Translations under genes and position numbers: made by a program
In this document: piece after piece, positions 10,329 to 20,210 of the stretch
Layout: every line of letters starts with the position of its first letter
How positions within the stretch are numbered: position 1 is the first letter of the stretch
Source: Thermoproteota archaeon
GTDB taxonomy: Archaea; Korarchaeota; Korarchaeia; Korarchaeales; Korarchaeaceae
Assembly: GCA_037917635.1 (NCBI GenBank)
Contig: JAVCBX010000149.1
Span: 1 to 31,012, forward strand
DNA: 31,012 nt
Direction: 5' to 3'
The notes under the pieces: model-generated
Database searches by the model: none
What the model saw: the letters and a program-made list of their open reading frames with translations, nothing else
What the model was told of the DNA's origin: nothing

Positions 10329-11717
10329 ATGGAGTTAGAAGCGATCCTAAGGAAGGCATCTGAGATGCTAACTCCCTCTCCAGAGGAGAAGAAAAGGGCT
10401 TTAAAGGCGTTGAATGAGGCCGTAAAGTTGCTTGAAGGCGCAGCGAAAGAACTAAGCCTTCAGGTATCAGTAGTGCCAGTTGGCTCGATAACTAGGGACA
10501 CTTGGCTTCCCGGAAAGACTGATCTAGACATTTTTGTCCTGTTTGAAAGGTCATTTCCGGAAAAGAAGTTGGAAGAAGCTATCATTGAGATGGCAGAGAC
10601 GGCATTCGGATCCTACATCCTCAGGTACTCTGCTCACCCCTACGCAAGAGTGGAGTACAAGGGCTTCGAGATGGACGTAGTTCCAGCTTACAGGGTAAGA
10701 GAAGCTACAGAGCTCAAGACGCCGGTGGACAGATCGCCCCTCCACTCAAAATTCTTGGAAGAGAGAATGACGCCAGAGCTAGCAAGGGAAGCAAGGCTAA
10801 TGAAGGCCTTTGTGAAGGGAATTAGGGCTTATGGAGCGGAAGTGAGGGTTGAGGGATTCAGCGGATACCTATGCGAGCTTCTAGTCCTTTACTACGGTTC
10901 CTTCTTAGAGACCATAAGATCTGCGATCAAGTGGGATGAGCCAGTAGTTATAGACATCCTAGGTAGCATACCATCCGAGCAAGAGGCGATAAAGCTGTTT
11001 CAGCATCCTCTCATAGTAATTGATCCCGTGGATCCGAGGAGAAACGTAGCATCAGCCCTATCGAGAACCCAATTTTACAGGTTCAAGGCAGCTGCGAGGG
11101 CCTTCTTGAAGAGACCATCTTTGGAGTTCTTCAAGGAAAGGCAAGACGAGGAAAAGGAGCCATCAATATCAAACCTATTAAGGGAAAGGAGGTCCTTCAT
11201 TGCAGCCATAGCTTTCGAGGGGGTTAAGGAGCCTCCTGACACCCTCTGGACTCAAGCCAAGAGCTGCTCTAGGAGGATAATGAGGATCCTAAGGGATAGG
11301 GAGTTTGAGCCCATCCAAGTTGAGGGCTTCACTGATGAGAGATCAAGGGTAATGATATTGATAGAGGTTCCAAGCAGGAAGATATCTGAGGTTAAGATAA
11401 GGGTAGGGCCCGAGGTAGGAAGGAAGGGAGAGCTGGATTTCATAAGGAAGCACATTGGAGCTGAAGACACGATATCAGGCCCATTCATAAGGGAAAACAG
11501 GTGGATAGTCCTTAAGAAAAGGAGAGAAAACGATTTGATGTCCCTCCTCTCTTGCTTCATCAAGAAGGGCGAAGGAATACCTAGGAAGCTCCTAAAAGCT
11601 CCTATAAAGGAAGTAAAACCTCTTGAGGAGATGAAAATTCCAGATTGGGCTATTGACTTCCTAAAGAAATTTCTAAAGAAGGAGGAGCCCTTCATTAAGG
11701 AGCTAGCTGATCCTTAA
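10329..11717 (+). CDS. cca: CCA-adding enzyme, class I (start taken at ATG 10329; ORF open from 10230)
   Basis: GSITRDTWLPGKTDLDIF, YSAHPYAR, PVDRSPLH, GFSGYLCELL, IDPVDPRRNVA. Confidence 0.96.
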   Translation: MELEAILRKASEMLTPSPEEKKRALKALNEAVKLLEGAAKELSLQVSVVPVGSITRDTWLPGKTDLDIFVLFERSFPEKKLEEAIIEMAETAFGSYILRYSAHPYARVEYKGFEMDVVPAYRVREATELKTPVDRSPLHSKFLEERMTPELAREARLMKAFVKGIRAYGAEVRVEGFSGYLCELLVLYYGSFLETIRSAIKWDEPVVIDILGSIPSEQEAIKLFQHPLIVIDPVDPRRNVASALSRTQFYRFKAAARAFLKRPSLEFFKERQDEEKEPSISNLLRERRSFIAAIAFEGVKEPPDTLWTQAKSCSRRIMRILRDREFEPIQVEGFTDERSRVMILIEVPSRKISEVKIRVGPEVGRKGELDFIRKHIGAEDTISGPFIRENRWIVLKKRRENDLMSLLSCFIKKGEGIPRKLLKAPIKEVKPLEEMKIPDWAIDFLKKFLKKEEPFIKELADP

Positions 11718-12989
11718 AGCCCTCTTTCCAGGGAAAACAGCTGACTTCCCGAGTTCCCTCTCTATCTCAAGGAGTCTGTTGTACTTGCACACCCTTTCAC
11801 CTCTAGCAATAGCTCCGGCCTTTATTAGTCCGCAGCCCATTCCAACCGCTATGTCAGCTATGGCAGTATCCGAAGTTTCTCCTGACCTGTGGCTCACTAT
11901 AACGGAGTAGCCTGCTCTAAAGGCGATTCTTGCCGCTTCAAATGCTTCAGTAAGAGTTCCAATCTGGTTTATCTTTAAAAGAAGGGAGTTCCCAGCGCCA
12001 ACCTCTATTCCTCTCCTTAACCTCTCCGCGTTTGTTACGAAGAAATCATCACCAACCAAATGGATCCTATCTCCAATTCTCTTCGTTAGTTCTGAGAATG
12101 ATTCAAGGTCATCCTCCTCGAAGGGGTCCTCTATGCTCACTATGGGATATTCCCTGACCAGCTCGATGTAAAATTCGAGAAGCTCCCCCTTATCTAACCT
12201 TTTACCATCTATTAGATAATTACCAGATTTTGCATCGTAAAAGCTGCTTGCAGCGCAATCTATCGCAAGAAATACCTTTCCATAATATCCACTCTCCTCA
12301 ACGGCTTTTAAGATAGCGTCCAGAGCCTCCCTCGTCCTGGACATTGGAGGAGCGAAGCCCCCCTCATCTCCAACGTTCTTTGCTGATATTCCGTACTTCG
12401 AGACCAAGAGATCCCTTAAGTTGTAGTATATCTCCGCAGCAGCAAGCAGGGCTTCTTTGAGGCTCCTGAAGTCAGCAGGAACTATCATGAACTCCTGAAT
12501 TGAGAGCTCATTTCCTGCGTGAAGCCCCCCGTTTATGAAGTTCATCAGAGGGACTGGGAGCAGGTTTGCAGAAATGCCTCCTATGTACCTGTAAAGGGGT
12601 TGTCCCATTGTGCTTGCTGCTGCCTTAGCGCAGGCAACTGAGACGGCAAGGATAGAATTTCCTCCAAAATTGGACTTATTAGGGCTTCCATCAGCCTCTG
12701 TCATCGTCCTATCTATTTCCTCCTGCTTCCTACAGTCCATTCCTATGAGAAGTGGAGCAATAATCTCCTTTATTGTTGCAACCGCCCTCCTTACCCTCTT
12801 ACCCCTTAGTTGCTTCCCACCATTCCTAAGCTCAGCTACTTCTCCTTTGCCCTTTGAAGCTCCTGAAGGAACGGAAAAGCTCCCAATTCCTCCTCCCTCA
12901 GTCCTAACTATAGCCTTAACCGTTGGATATCCCCTTGAGTCAAAGACCTCCAAGGCATCGATCCCAGAGATCTTGAAATTCTTGCCCAA
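11703..12989 (-). CDS. eno: Enolase
   Basis: DSRGYPTV, PSGASKG, GDEGGFAP, SHRSGET, KYNRLLEIE. Confidence 0.98.
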   Translation of the reverse strand: MGKNFKISGIDALEVFDSRGYPTVKAIVRTEGGGIGSFSVPSGASKGKGEVAELRNGGKQLRGKRVRRAVATIKEIIAPLLIGMDCRKQEEIDRTMTEADGSPNKSNFGGNSILAVSVACAKAAASTMGQPLYRYIGGISANLLPVPLMNFINGGLHAGNELSIQEFMIVPADFRSLKEALLAAAEIYYNLRDLLVSKYGISAKNVGDEGGFAPPMSRTREALDAILKAVEESGYYGKVFLAIDCAASSFYDAKSGNYLIDGKRLDKGELLEFYIELVREYPIVSIEDPFEEDDLESFSELTKRIGDRIHLVGDDFFVTNAERLRRGIEVGAGNSLLLKINQIGTLTEAFEAARIAFRAGYSVIVSHRSGETSDTAIADIAVGMGCGLIKAGAIARGERVCKYNRLLEIERELGKSAVFPGKRALRIS

Positions 12990-13057
12990 AGGACCACCTC
13001 CTTGCCAAGCTTCAACTAAGATGGGTTAATATTTCAAATAAAAATGGCAAATGATCC

Positions 13058-13417
13058 TTAGCACGTTACGTGAAATAGGGCTGCAACCTTCTTCCCACTT
13101 CTAAAAAGCTTTTCGTAGAGCTTGATGGCTTCAGGAGTCCTTGTCTTTAACACCTTTATTCCAAAAGATCTGAGATACCATCTATTTCAGCCAGTGAGAG
13201 GTCGCCATAAATTCCGGTTCCCACAACTAAGATCTCTGGACTTTCCTCAACCAGCTCCCTTAACTCCTCCTTCGTCAAAGGAGTGTGTCCGTATTTCTCC
13301 TTTAACTAGCTTGAAATCTCCTTCTTCTTCCTTGAAACCCTTCCATCAATGTGTATCAAGACGTCATGCGTATATTTTATCTCCAACCTTTATCGAGCCG
13401 AACTTTACGGAGATCAT
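13058..13417 (-). pseudogene. Disrupted Mth938-like (DUF498) gene downstream of pheT
   Basis: Hand translation: MISVKFGSIKVGDKIY / HDVLIHIDGRVSRKKKEISS*LKEKYGHTPLTKEELRELVEESPEILVVGTGIYGDL / ...TPEAIKLYEKLFRSGKKVAALFHVTC*; frameshift near 13369, TAG at 13308-13306, second frameshift near 13170-13190. Confidence 0.85.
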
Positions 13418-15086
13418 CTTTCATCCCAATTAATGGATCCAAACTCAGTTCAAAAGCCCCAACTGGGCACCTTATCCCGAGCCTCTCAAGCACTTCTGGC
13501 CTTACCTCTCCAATGCATCCAGCCTCGATGAAGCGGTCTTCAAGCTTGTAAATGACCGCGGCTGACCTTCCTGGTATCAGCGTTGGGTGCTCAAACCTCT
13601 CAAGCTCATACTTAACTCCTAGATTCCTGAGAAGGGCATCTAAGTGAGATTGGATCCTTTCAAAGCCAACTACGTCATCAGCTATGGCAGCAGCTATCCT
13701 TCTCTCGTTTCTAGTCTTGGTCTCTTGATTCTCATCTATCAAGACAACATCTCCAACCTCAAAGATTTGTTGGGGATAGGAAGCATGAACGTTGTTAGAA
13801 AGGAAGCTAAGGAGCCCTGGCATCAAGGAGTCTCTAAGCACGGTGAATGCCAAGCTTACCGGATTTGAAACCTTGACAACAGGTTTTCTAGGCCTTAAAA
13901 CATTGTCAAATAACTCCTCCTCACTGGTCATGATGTAGCTGAGCACCTCTTGATAGCCTAGCCCGACCATTATGAGCCTAACCTTCCTCGAGAGCCTATG
14001 AACTGGGTGAACCCTTCCTATCGTCATAACGTTCGGTATCTCCCACTCAAGCCTATCATAACCATAGACTATGAGAGCTTCTTCAACGAGGTCTATTGGA
14101 TGGAGAAAGTCCGCCCTGTAGGGAGGTATTATTGCCTCAATTACCCCGTCCTTTACAAAAGAGTCAAGCCTGGCCTTTTTAAGCAGGGCTGCTATCTCCT
14201 CAGAGGATAGATTAAGTCCCGTCTTGTTCCTGAAGTAGCTAGCCTCAAGCCTCATCCTAATAGGGGTTAGATCAGGGGTTATGAGCTCTCTGTCAGGAGA
14301 CCTTATCCTAACCCTCCCAATCTTCCCTCCCTTCTCGGCAAGCGACGATACAACTACCAAGAGGGCCTTTTCAACGTCCTTCTGAGATGTTCCAGTTACG
14401 TCTATCAGGAGGTTCTTCGTTTCAGGGGTTACTCTGGTCATCTCCGAGTTTATTATGGGTGGAAAAGAGAGAACCTTGCCCCTGCTGTCCCTTATGACGG
14501 GGAAAAAGGGCTTATCAGCTATTATATGGCCGTATTCGATCCCCTTCTCGTGCTTCTCCAATATATCTAAGGCGTTCATCTCCTCGAAGCAGCCGAGCGG
14601 TATGAACCTGATCTCCTCAGGCCTTTCGCCAGCGTACCTAACTGGGGGGACAAGCTTATCCAAGTCGTGAACCCCTATAGAGACCTTTCTCCTCTTCCTT
14701 CCCCAAGTTTGGTGGATCTTTTCCTGAAGGTGCATTAGAGAGAGGAGGCCTTGCTCCCCAAGCTCAACATCTCTGACCACTCCAAGGGCAAATCCAGGCC
14801 TAACATTTAAGACGGTCTTATCAACGATGCCCTCAACCCTAGAATCGAAGATCTCATACTTAGGAATGCCTTCCTCAATTCCAAGCAGTCCCTTAAAGTG
14901 CCTAGCTATACCTTCCTCTGAAAGCAGGTCAATCCTGTCCGTGGTAACCTCTACCTCCGCCTCGTCCCCCTCGATCCTTTCAAGACTCATCTTAGACTTT
15001 TCAAGAAGCTTAATAAGCTCAGATTGAGTGAGTTCCCTCCCTATGAGGGAGAAGAGGTAGCTAAGGCTTAAGGTAATGGTTGGCAC
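13377..15086 (-). CDS. pheT: Phenylalanyl-tRNA synthetase beta subunit (GTG start at 15086 behind GAGGTGAGG)
   Basis: DRIDLLSEEG, RKRRKVSIGVHDLD, LSFPPIINS, PYRADFLHPIDLVEE. Confidence 0.96.
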   Translation of the reverse strand: MPTITLSLSYLFSLIGRELTQSELIKLLEKSKMSLERIEGDEAEVEVTTDRIDLLSEEGIARHFKGLLGIEEGIPKYEIFDSRVEGIVDKTVLNVRPGFALGVVRDVELGEQGLLSLMHLQEKIHQTWGRKRRKVSIGVHDLDKLVPPVRYAGERPEEIRFIPLGCFEEMNALDILEKHEKGIEYGHIIADKPFFPVIRDSRGKVLSFPPIINSEMTRVTPETKNLLIDVTGTSQKDVEKALLVVVSSLAEKGGKIGRVRIRSPDRELITPDLTPIRMRLEASYFRNKTGLNLSSEEIAALLKKARLDSFVKDGVIEAIIPPYRADFLHPIDLVEEALIVYGYDRLEWEIPNVMTIGRVHPVHRLSRKVRLIMVGLGYQEVLSYIMTSEEELFDNVLRPRKPVVKVSNPVSLAFTVLRDSLMPGLLSFLSNNVHASYPQQIFEVGDVVLIDENQETKTRNERRIAAAIADDVVGFERIQSHLDALLRNLGVKYELERFEHPTLIPGRSAAVIYKLEDRFIEAGCIGEVRPEVLERLGIRCPVGAFELSLDPLIGMKDDLRKVRLDKGWR

Positions 15087-15091
15087 TCCCC

Positions 15092-16606
15092 TCACCTCAG
15101 CCCCCTGTATTCGAACTCCCTGAGGAACGTCAGGTCCCTCGAGTGAAGATCCCTTATGTCCTCTATTCCAAGCCTTGCCATGGCAAGCCTGCCTATCCCT
15201 ATTCCCCAAGCTAAGGCCCCAACCTCCTTTGAATCTATTCCTAAGGGCTCAAGGACCTCAGGTCTAAACATCCCAGCCCCAAGAACCTCTATCCATCCAA
15301 GCCTCTCGTGCTTGACTAGGGTTTCCACGCTTGGCTCCGTGAATGGAAAGTAATCAGGCTTAAAGCGAATCTCGTCCCTCTTAAAACCAAGTTCCATAGC
15401 AAGCGTTGCAAGGAAGCCTAGAAGATGCTTCACGTTCAGGCCCTTATCCATGACCACTCCTTCGCACTGATAGAAGTCCATGGAATGGGTTTTGTCAAGA
15501 ACATCGGGTCTAAAAACGTGATCTATAGAGAATATCTTCATTGGAATCTCCCTTCTAGCAGCAATTGTCCTTGCTGAGACGGCTGTCGTCTGACTTCTCA
15601 AAATAAGCCTCCTAGCAAGCCTGAAAGACCACTCGTATCCCCATCCCGTGGATCTAGTTATCCATCCATCCTCATGAACCCTTCTAACCCTCTCTACAAG
15701 CTCCGTGTCCTTTATGTTTGCCTCCTTAGGATATTCAAGGATGTAAGAGCTGTGTATCTCCCTTGCTGGATGATCTTGAGCCTGAAAAAGGACGTCGAAG
15801 TTCCAGAATTCCGCCTCAACGAAAGGTCCCTTAACCTCCTCGAACCCTAGGCCAACCAATATCTCTCTAACCTCATCGAGGAACTCAGCGTACATCTGGA
15901 GCTTTCCTGGATAGACCTTCGGGGGCTTTGCCTTAACATCGTACTCCTTCAGCCTTGCCTCTTTCCACAACCCGCTCTCTATGTGCTCCTTAGTGAGGGC
16001 CGAGATCTCCCTGATCACCTTAACCTCTCCAGTAAGAACCTTCTTTCCCAGCTCAGTTAGCCTCAATCCGAGCTCTAAAATCCTCTCCTCCTTTACTAGA
16101 CCTCTTCTTCTCATGGTTTCAAGGAGCTCGGAGTCAAGCTCCTCGGGCCTTACCTCTGACCTGTGGACCTTAATCAAGGCCCGCTTCAAGGGAATAGTTT
16201 CAGGACTTCTGACGAGCTCTACTACTCTCTCCTCACCCAGCCCCACCATCCTTATCAGGCCAATGCGCTTTGCCTCTCCTATGGCCACTCCAACCTCCTC
16301 TTGTTCCAAGACTCCTGACTTGGCTATCTCCTTGATGGGGATCGAACCTCCCCTTCTTCTGAGGAGGTTAAGGAGTCTCTCCTCGGGAAGGCCCCTATTT
16401 AGGCAGTCTATTCCCCTTTGAGTAAGCTTTATGACCTTTCTCTTCCTTTTAACAAACTCTAGTATTCTCTTCTCCGCCAAAAGATGTGCAAGGGCTACAG
16501 CAGAGCTCTTTTCCATGGATATCTCCTCTAGCTTAACTAGTCCTTCCTTTGGGGCTAGGAGCTCAAGCAATCGTATCTCTCCCTCGCTAAGGGATATACT
16601 TCTCAA
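15092..16606 (-). CDS. pheS: Phenylalanyl-tRNA synthetase alpha subunit (archaeal long form)
   Basis: FWNFDVLFQAQDHPARE, LRSQTTAVS, FPFTEPS, GAGMFRPEV. Confidence 0.97.
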   Translation of the reverse strand: MRSISLSEGEIRLLELLAPKEGLVKLEEISMEKSSAVALAHLLAEKRILEFVKRKRKVIKLTQRGIDCLNRGLPEERLLNLLRRRGGSIPIKEIAKSGVLEQEEVGVAIGEAKRIGLIRMVGLGEERVVELVRSPETIPLKRALIKVHRSEVRPEELDSELLETMRRRGLVKEERILELGLRLTELGKKVLTGEVKVIREISALTKEHIESGLWKEARLKEYDVKAKPPKVYPGKLQMYAEFLDEVREILVGLGFEEVKGPFVEAEFWNFDVLFQAQDHPAREIHSSYILEYPKEANIKDTELVERVRRVHEDGWITRSTGWGYEWSFRLARRLILRSQTTAVSARTIAARREIPMKIFSIDHVFRPDVLDKTHSMDFYQCEGVVMDKGLNVKHLLGFLATLAMELGFKRDEIRFKPDYFPFTEPSVETLVKHERLGWIEVLGAGMFRPEVLEPLGIDSKEVGALAWGIGIGRLAMARLGIEDIRDLHSRDLTFLREFEYRGLR

Positions 16607-17351
16607 CCTATACTCACCTCTTCTCCTCTTTGATTGGTGCAGGATGAAATGCCCATTCTCTAAACTTCAGGATAGAAAACAGGAAATTAACGACTGAGGG
16701 ACACGAACATCTGGGTTTCATGCTCAGGTAAATTGGCGGACAATCACTCCCTACACCAGCTCCCACAGGCCCCACTTACTTTTAACCTTTAACCTCTCCT
16801 CTGGAGTTCTAGTTAAATAAGCTAGTTTCCCTTGAATGGCATCTCCCACATTGTTCTTGCGTAAATTTCTGCCTTTTTTCATCTGATAGCACAGTTCTCA
16901 AGTTTGTTGAAGCGTAAACTCTCTTAGGGCTGTGGACCCTTACTTCATACAACCATTTTTGCTGCCAGGCTTGTCCTTTCGAGGACCTTCCGTAAGGCTT
17001 GGCGCCACCATATGACTGAGATGGTAATTCAGCCCTTTCATCTCCCGAGAAGGATGATCCTACGCTGAAGCTCGATGTCGGGAGTAGTAGATTTCAAAAA
17101 GATCCATTCTCGAATAAGCTGCTCGAAGTCGCGATATGAACGGGTCGGGGTCTCACTATAGGTAAAAAGTTGGAGATAGAAAGCCCTACCCCCTATTGTC
17201 TCTTCCAAGTCTTTCAGTAGGGGATATTCACACTTCAAGCAGGAAGGGAATCAGCCGGTTAATATCGCCACAATTAGGACAAACTCAGGTTAGAGTTCAA
17301 ACTTTAACTTCTGAGGGACCTTTTTATCCCTAAGGGGATAGGGAGACAAGA

Positions 17352-18452
17352 ATGAGGGCAAGGAGAACTGGAATAGCTGGGCTCCCGCTTCACGGCGGAA
17401 AGGCACCGCCATGGCTCTTCAAGAGGATGAAGAAGCTCTCAGGAATCATAGCTAGGGCCATAGTTCTTGAATATGGGAGGGATGAGTTCCTAAGGAGGAT
17501 AAGCGACCCTATCTGGTTTCAGGCTTTTGGCTGTGCCCTCGGATACGACTGGCACTCTTCAGGCCTCACCACCGTCCTAATAGGAGCCCTCAGGGAGGCA
17601 CTTCTCGATGAAGAACTTGGAATAAGGGTCCTTGGAGGAAAGGGGAGGGCTTCAAGGGAAGTTCCTAATCAAATTGCCTGCCTCTCAAGGGACTTCGGCC
17701 TCTCGGAGAGTAAGTTAAGGGAAATTGAGAGAGCAAGCAGGCTGAGCGCAAAAGTGGACAACGCGGTGCTTCAGGATGGATATCAGCTTTACCACCACGC
17801 CATTTTGGTGACAGAGGATGGAAGTTGGGCTGTAGTGCAGCAAGGAATGAATCCGGAAGTAAGACTGGCTAGGAGGTACCACTGGCTCGGAGAGAGAGTT
17901 TCTTGCTTCGTGGAGGAGCCACACTCAGGCCTGATATCTGAGAGGGCAGAGGAAATAGTGTTGGACCTAACTGCAAGGTCGAGCAGAGAGGCGAGAAAGG
18001 CTTCGGTAGATTTGGCATTGGAAGGCCCGGAGAAGATCAAGAGTAAATTGAAACAAGCTGTAAGAGGTCCTCTTTCCAAATACTTGGATGAAAAACCGCT
18101 TCCTACCTACATAGAGTTTCCTAGAAGGCTAAACTGGGATGCGATAAGAGAAGCTAATGAGCTGGGGGTGTCAAACTATGAGGAGCTGGTAGAGGTGAGG
18201 GGAATGGGCCCAGCAACCATAAGGGCCCTTGCTTTACTTTCGGAGCTCATAGAAGGGGTCGAGGTATCCAGAAAGGATCCCGTTAGATACTCCTTTGCAT
18301 TCGGCGGTAAGGACAGCGTCCCATATCCGGTTGAATTAAGCAGAATGGACGAAGCTATTTCATTCATGAACGACATAGTTTCATGGCTCGAGCTTAAGCC
18401 TGAGGAGAAGAGGGAAATCGTAAGGAGACTTTCAAGGCTTCTTCCCAGGTAA
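17352..18452 (+). CDS. DUF763 domain protein
   Basis: [49 protein letters not shown]. Confidence 0.9.
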   Translation: MRARRTGIAGLPLHGGKAPPWLFKRMKKLSGIIARAIVLEYGRDEFLRRISDPIWFQAFGCALGYDWHSSGLTTVLIGALREALLDEELGIRVLGGKGRASREVPNQIACLSRDFGLSESKLREIERASRLSAKVDNAVLQDGYQLYHHAILVTEDGSWAVVQQGMNPEVRLARRYHWLGERVSCFVEEPHSGLISERAEEIVLDLTARSSREARKASVDLALEGPEKIKSKLKQAVRGPLSKYLDEKPLPTYIEFPRRLNWDAIREANELGVSNYEELVEVRGMGPATIRALALLSELIEGVEVSRKDPVRYSFAFGGKDSVPYPVELSRMDEAISFMNDIVSWLELKPEEKREIVRRLSRLLPR

Positions 18453-18873
18453 TGAAGGCCTGAAAGAACGCTCAACAAAAGGGTGTAAGGGGGAACCATT
18501 ATTCTAGAAGCTTATGGTTTCACTTATTCCAAAGGGAGTTGGATGGTTTGAAGGAATAAGGTGGGCTATCAAGGCAAAAGTAAGAAAATATGGCTCTGAT
18601 GAATGGAAAAATTAGAATGCACATTGATACCCTTTTAAGCTCTAAGGAGAGGATGAGGAGTTCTATCTTAGGATAGAACACTACTTCATCCGAGAGCTTT
18701 GATTCAAAGAAGTAAAGAGAGTCTTTTTCAGTCGTTAACACGCATATGAGGAAAAATAATTGAGTTTAAGGAGGAGAGAATTGTAGTTAGAGGTAAAATT
18801 TGGTTTCGTTCTGATTTAGATTCCTTAAAATAAAAAGGTCAGAAAAGGCTTATTTTTGCAAGAAAATAAAGTA

Positions 18874-19014
18874 TGGACCGGGGGGGATTCGAACCCCCGA
18901 CCTCCCGCATTTTGGGGCAAAATGAAGAATTTTGCCATGCCAAGCGGGCGCGAATCTGGATTTTGAGGGGATTTTTAAAATCCCCTCTCGTTTACCAGGC
19001 TTCGCCACCGGCCC
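18874..19014 (-). tRNA. tRNA-Ala (anticodon GGC) with two introns: 39 nt at 21/22 (18992-18954) and 28 nt at 37/38 (18937-18910)
   Basis: Removing both introns gives a 74-nt cloverleaf GGGCCGGTGGCGAAGCCTGGTATCGCGCCCGCTTGGCATGCGGGAGGTCGGGGGTTCGAATCCCCCCCGGTCCA with the G3:U70 Ala identity pair; 4-bp central helices TTGG/CCAA and CTGG/CCAG flanked by 3-nt bulges. Confidence 0.93.
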
Positions 19015-19040
19015 AATTCCCTAAAGTATGCTTTTCCCCT

Positions 19041-19048
19041 TATAAAAC
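19041..19048 (-). promoter_or_regulatory. TATA box of tRNA-Ala
   Basis: TTTTATAA on the minus strand about 27-34 nt upstream of the tRNA 5' end. Confidence 0.55.
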
Positions 19049-19268
19049 TTATCCTTCTTAGCGTATAGGCTTCTTAACTTGGTAATTCCTTCCTCCTAAT
19101 GCAAGCAGTCCCTTTCCAATCAATCATGCTTTTTGAAGCTATAGGGCGGAACATACTCCTTCACTGGAGCCGAATCGAAACCTCATAAAAACAGATCACA
19201 AGACTACATGATCTAGAAGGTTGAATGGCGATTCTTGATTTATAGGTAGTGAAAACTCTCAGAAAAGT

Positions 19269-19729
19269 TCATGACAGCTTACTTGCTATTTCGCTTCCGT
19301 ACTCCTGACATCTCCTAGAAACCTCTTTCCAGTCATCGCCAGCTGCTCTAACAATCCCAGGAAGCAATTTCATTCTGTGATGGAGACCAAAGGCCAGTTC
19401 TAACATTCTGATACAATCCAATCCGTCCCTTCTTGTCCCAGAGGACGTAAAGCAGCCTCCAATCTTGCCTTTCAGCTTGCGCCCTCTATAAAGGACAATT
19501 GACTCGTCGATAAGCTTCTTCACCTGCCAAGAAACGTTGCTGAAGTACGTTGGTGAACCTATTACGATCCCATCTGCCCTTTCCAAGTCTTCAACTCTGC
19601 ATTCCTGAGCCTCTTTTATGATAACATTAACTCCTGCCCTTTTGGCCCCTTTAGCAATTTCCTCGGCCATCTTTTTTTGGTATTACCCGTCTTTGAATAG
19701 TAAACTATCAGTAAAGTCCTCTTCTTCAC
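19269..19729 (-). pseudogene. Flavodoxin/WrbA-like NAD(P)H-dependent oxidoreductase, frameshifted in an A7 run
   Basis: GTG at 19729 gives MKKRTLLIVYYSKTGNTKK; MAEEIAKGA...IVIGSPTYF...IGGCFTSSG continues in another frame after A7 (19678-19672). Confidence 0.85.
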
Positions 19730-20009
19730 CTTTCTCACCTATTCTTCACTGACCAAAAAATAAGCCTTTACATTCAGTTAGCTCCAATGGTTGAGCTAAA
19801 CAAAATCTTGTAAGCCTTAGAGGAGTTCAAACAATCTAAAGAAGGCTTTTATGCGCAAAGGGGTTAAAGTAAGGAGGAAGAAAGAAAAACCATGAGAATA
19901 TTCAAGATGAACAGGCGAGATGAGAGTTTTAGGTGAGCAATGAGCCCTATCACAAATGAGAGTCAGCTTTTAATGGGGACCTATTGCCCATCATGAGTCA
20001 ATGGATCCT

Positions 20010-20204
20010 TCAGATGGCCCTCTTAACCCCAGCCACTACCCTCTTCTTAGCCCATTTATACTGTCTCAACCTCTTGCTCCTTCCAAAGCCGCACGAAGCA
20101 CAATATTTCTTCCTAACGTTGTAGGAGTGCCTTCCGCACCTCCTGCATCTTATGTGAGTCTTCCCTCTACTCCTTTTTCCCATTGATGGAGTTCCCTTCG
20201 TCAT
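20010..20204 (-). CDS. rpl37e: 50S ribosomal protein L37e
   Basis: [25 protein letters not shown]...CASCGFGRS. Confidence 0.97.
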   Translation of the reverse strand: MTKGTPSMGKRSRGKTHIRCRRCGRHSYNVRKKYCASCGFGRSKRLRQYKWAKKRVVAGVKRAI

Positions 20205-20210
20205 CCCAGC

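Noticed and set aside
13306-13308. Pyrrolysine read-through of the in-frame TAG in the Mth938-like gene
   Set aside because: The same gene has two frameshifts and no pyl genes are in the window; decay is simpler
18873-19061. ORFs overlapping tRNA genes (18873-19061 and 30104-30352)
   Set aside because: Antisense translations of tRNA-Ala and tRNA-Ile
19670-19680. Classical programmed -1 frameshift heptamer (A AAA AAG) in the flavodoxin gene
   Set aside because: In the initiating frame the codons are ACC AAA AAA AGA, so the heptamer is not phased as X XXY YYZ
19778-19837. tRNA-like fragment: TTAGCTC-CAATGGTT-GAGCTAA hairpin and downstream GTTCAAA
   Set aside because: No acceptor stem, no proper anticodon arm, and the T stem lacks the G53-C61 pair; chance or unrecognisably decayed
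19890-19996. Repeated ATGAG words and a possible minus-strand C/D box sRNA (ATGATGG...CTGA)
   Set aside because: Imperfect C box, 21-nt spacing and no second box pair; repeats are short and aperiodic
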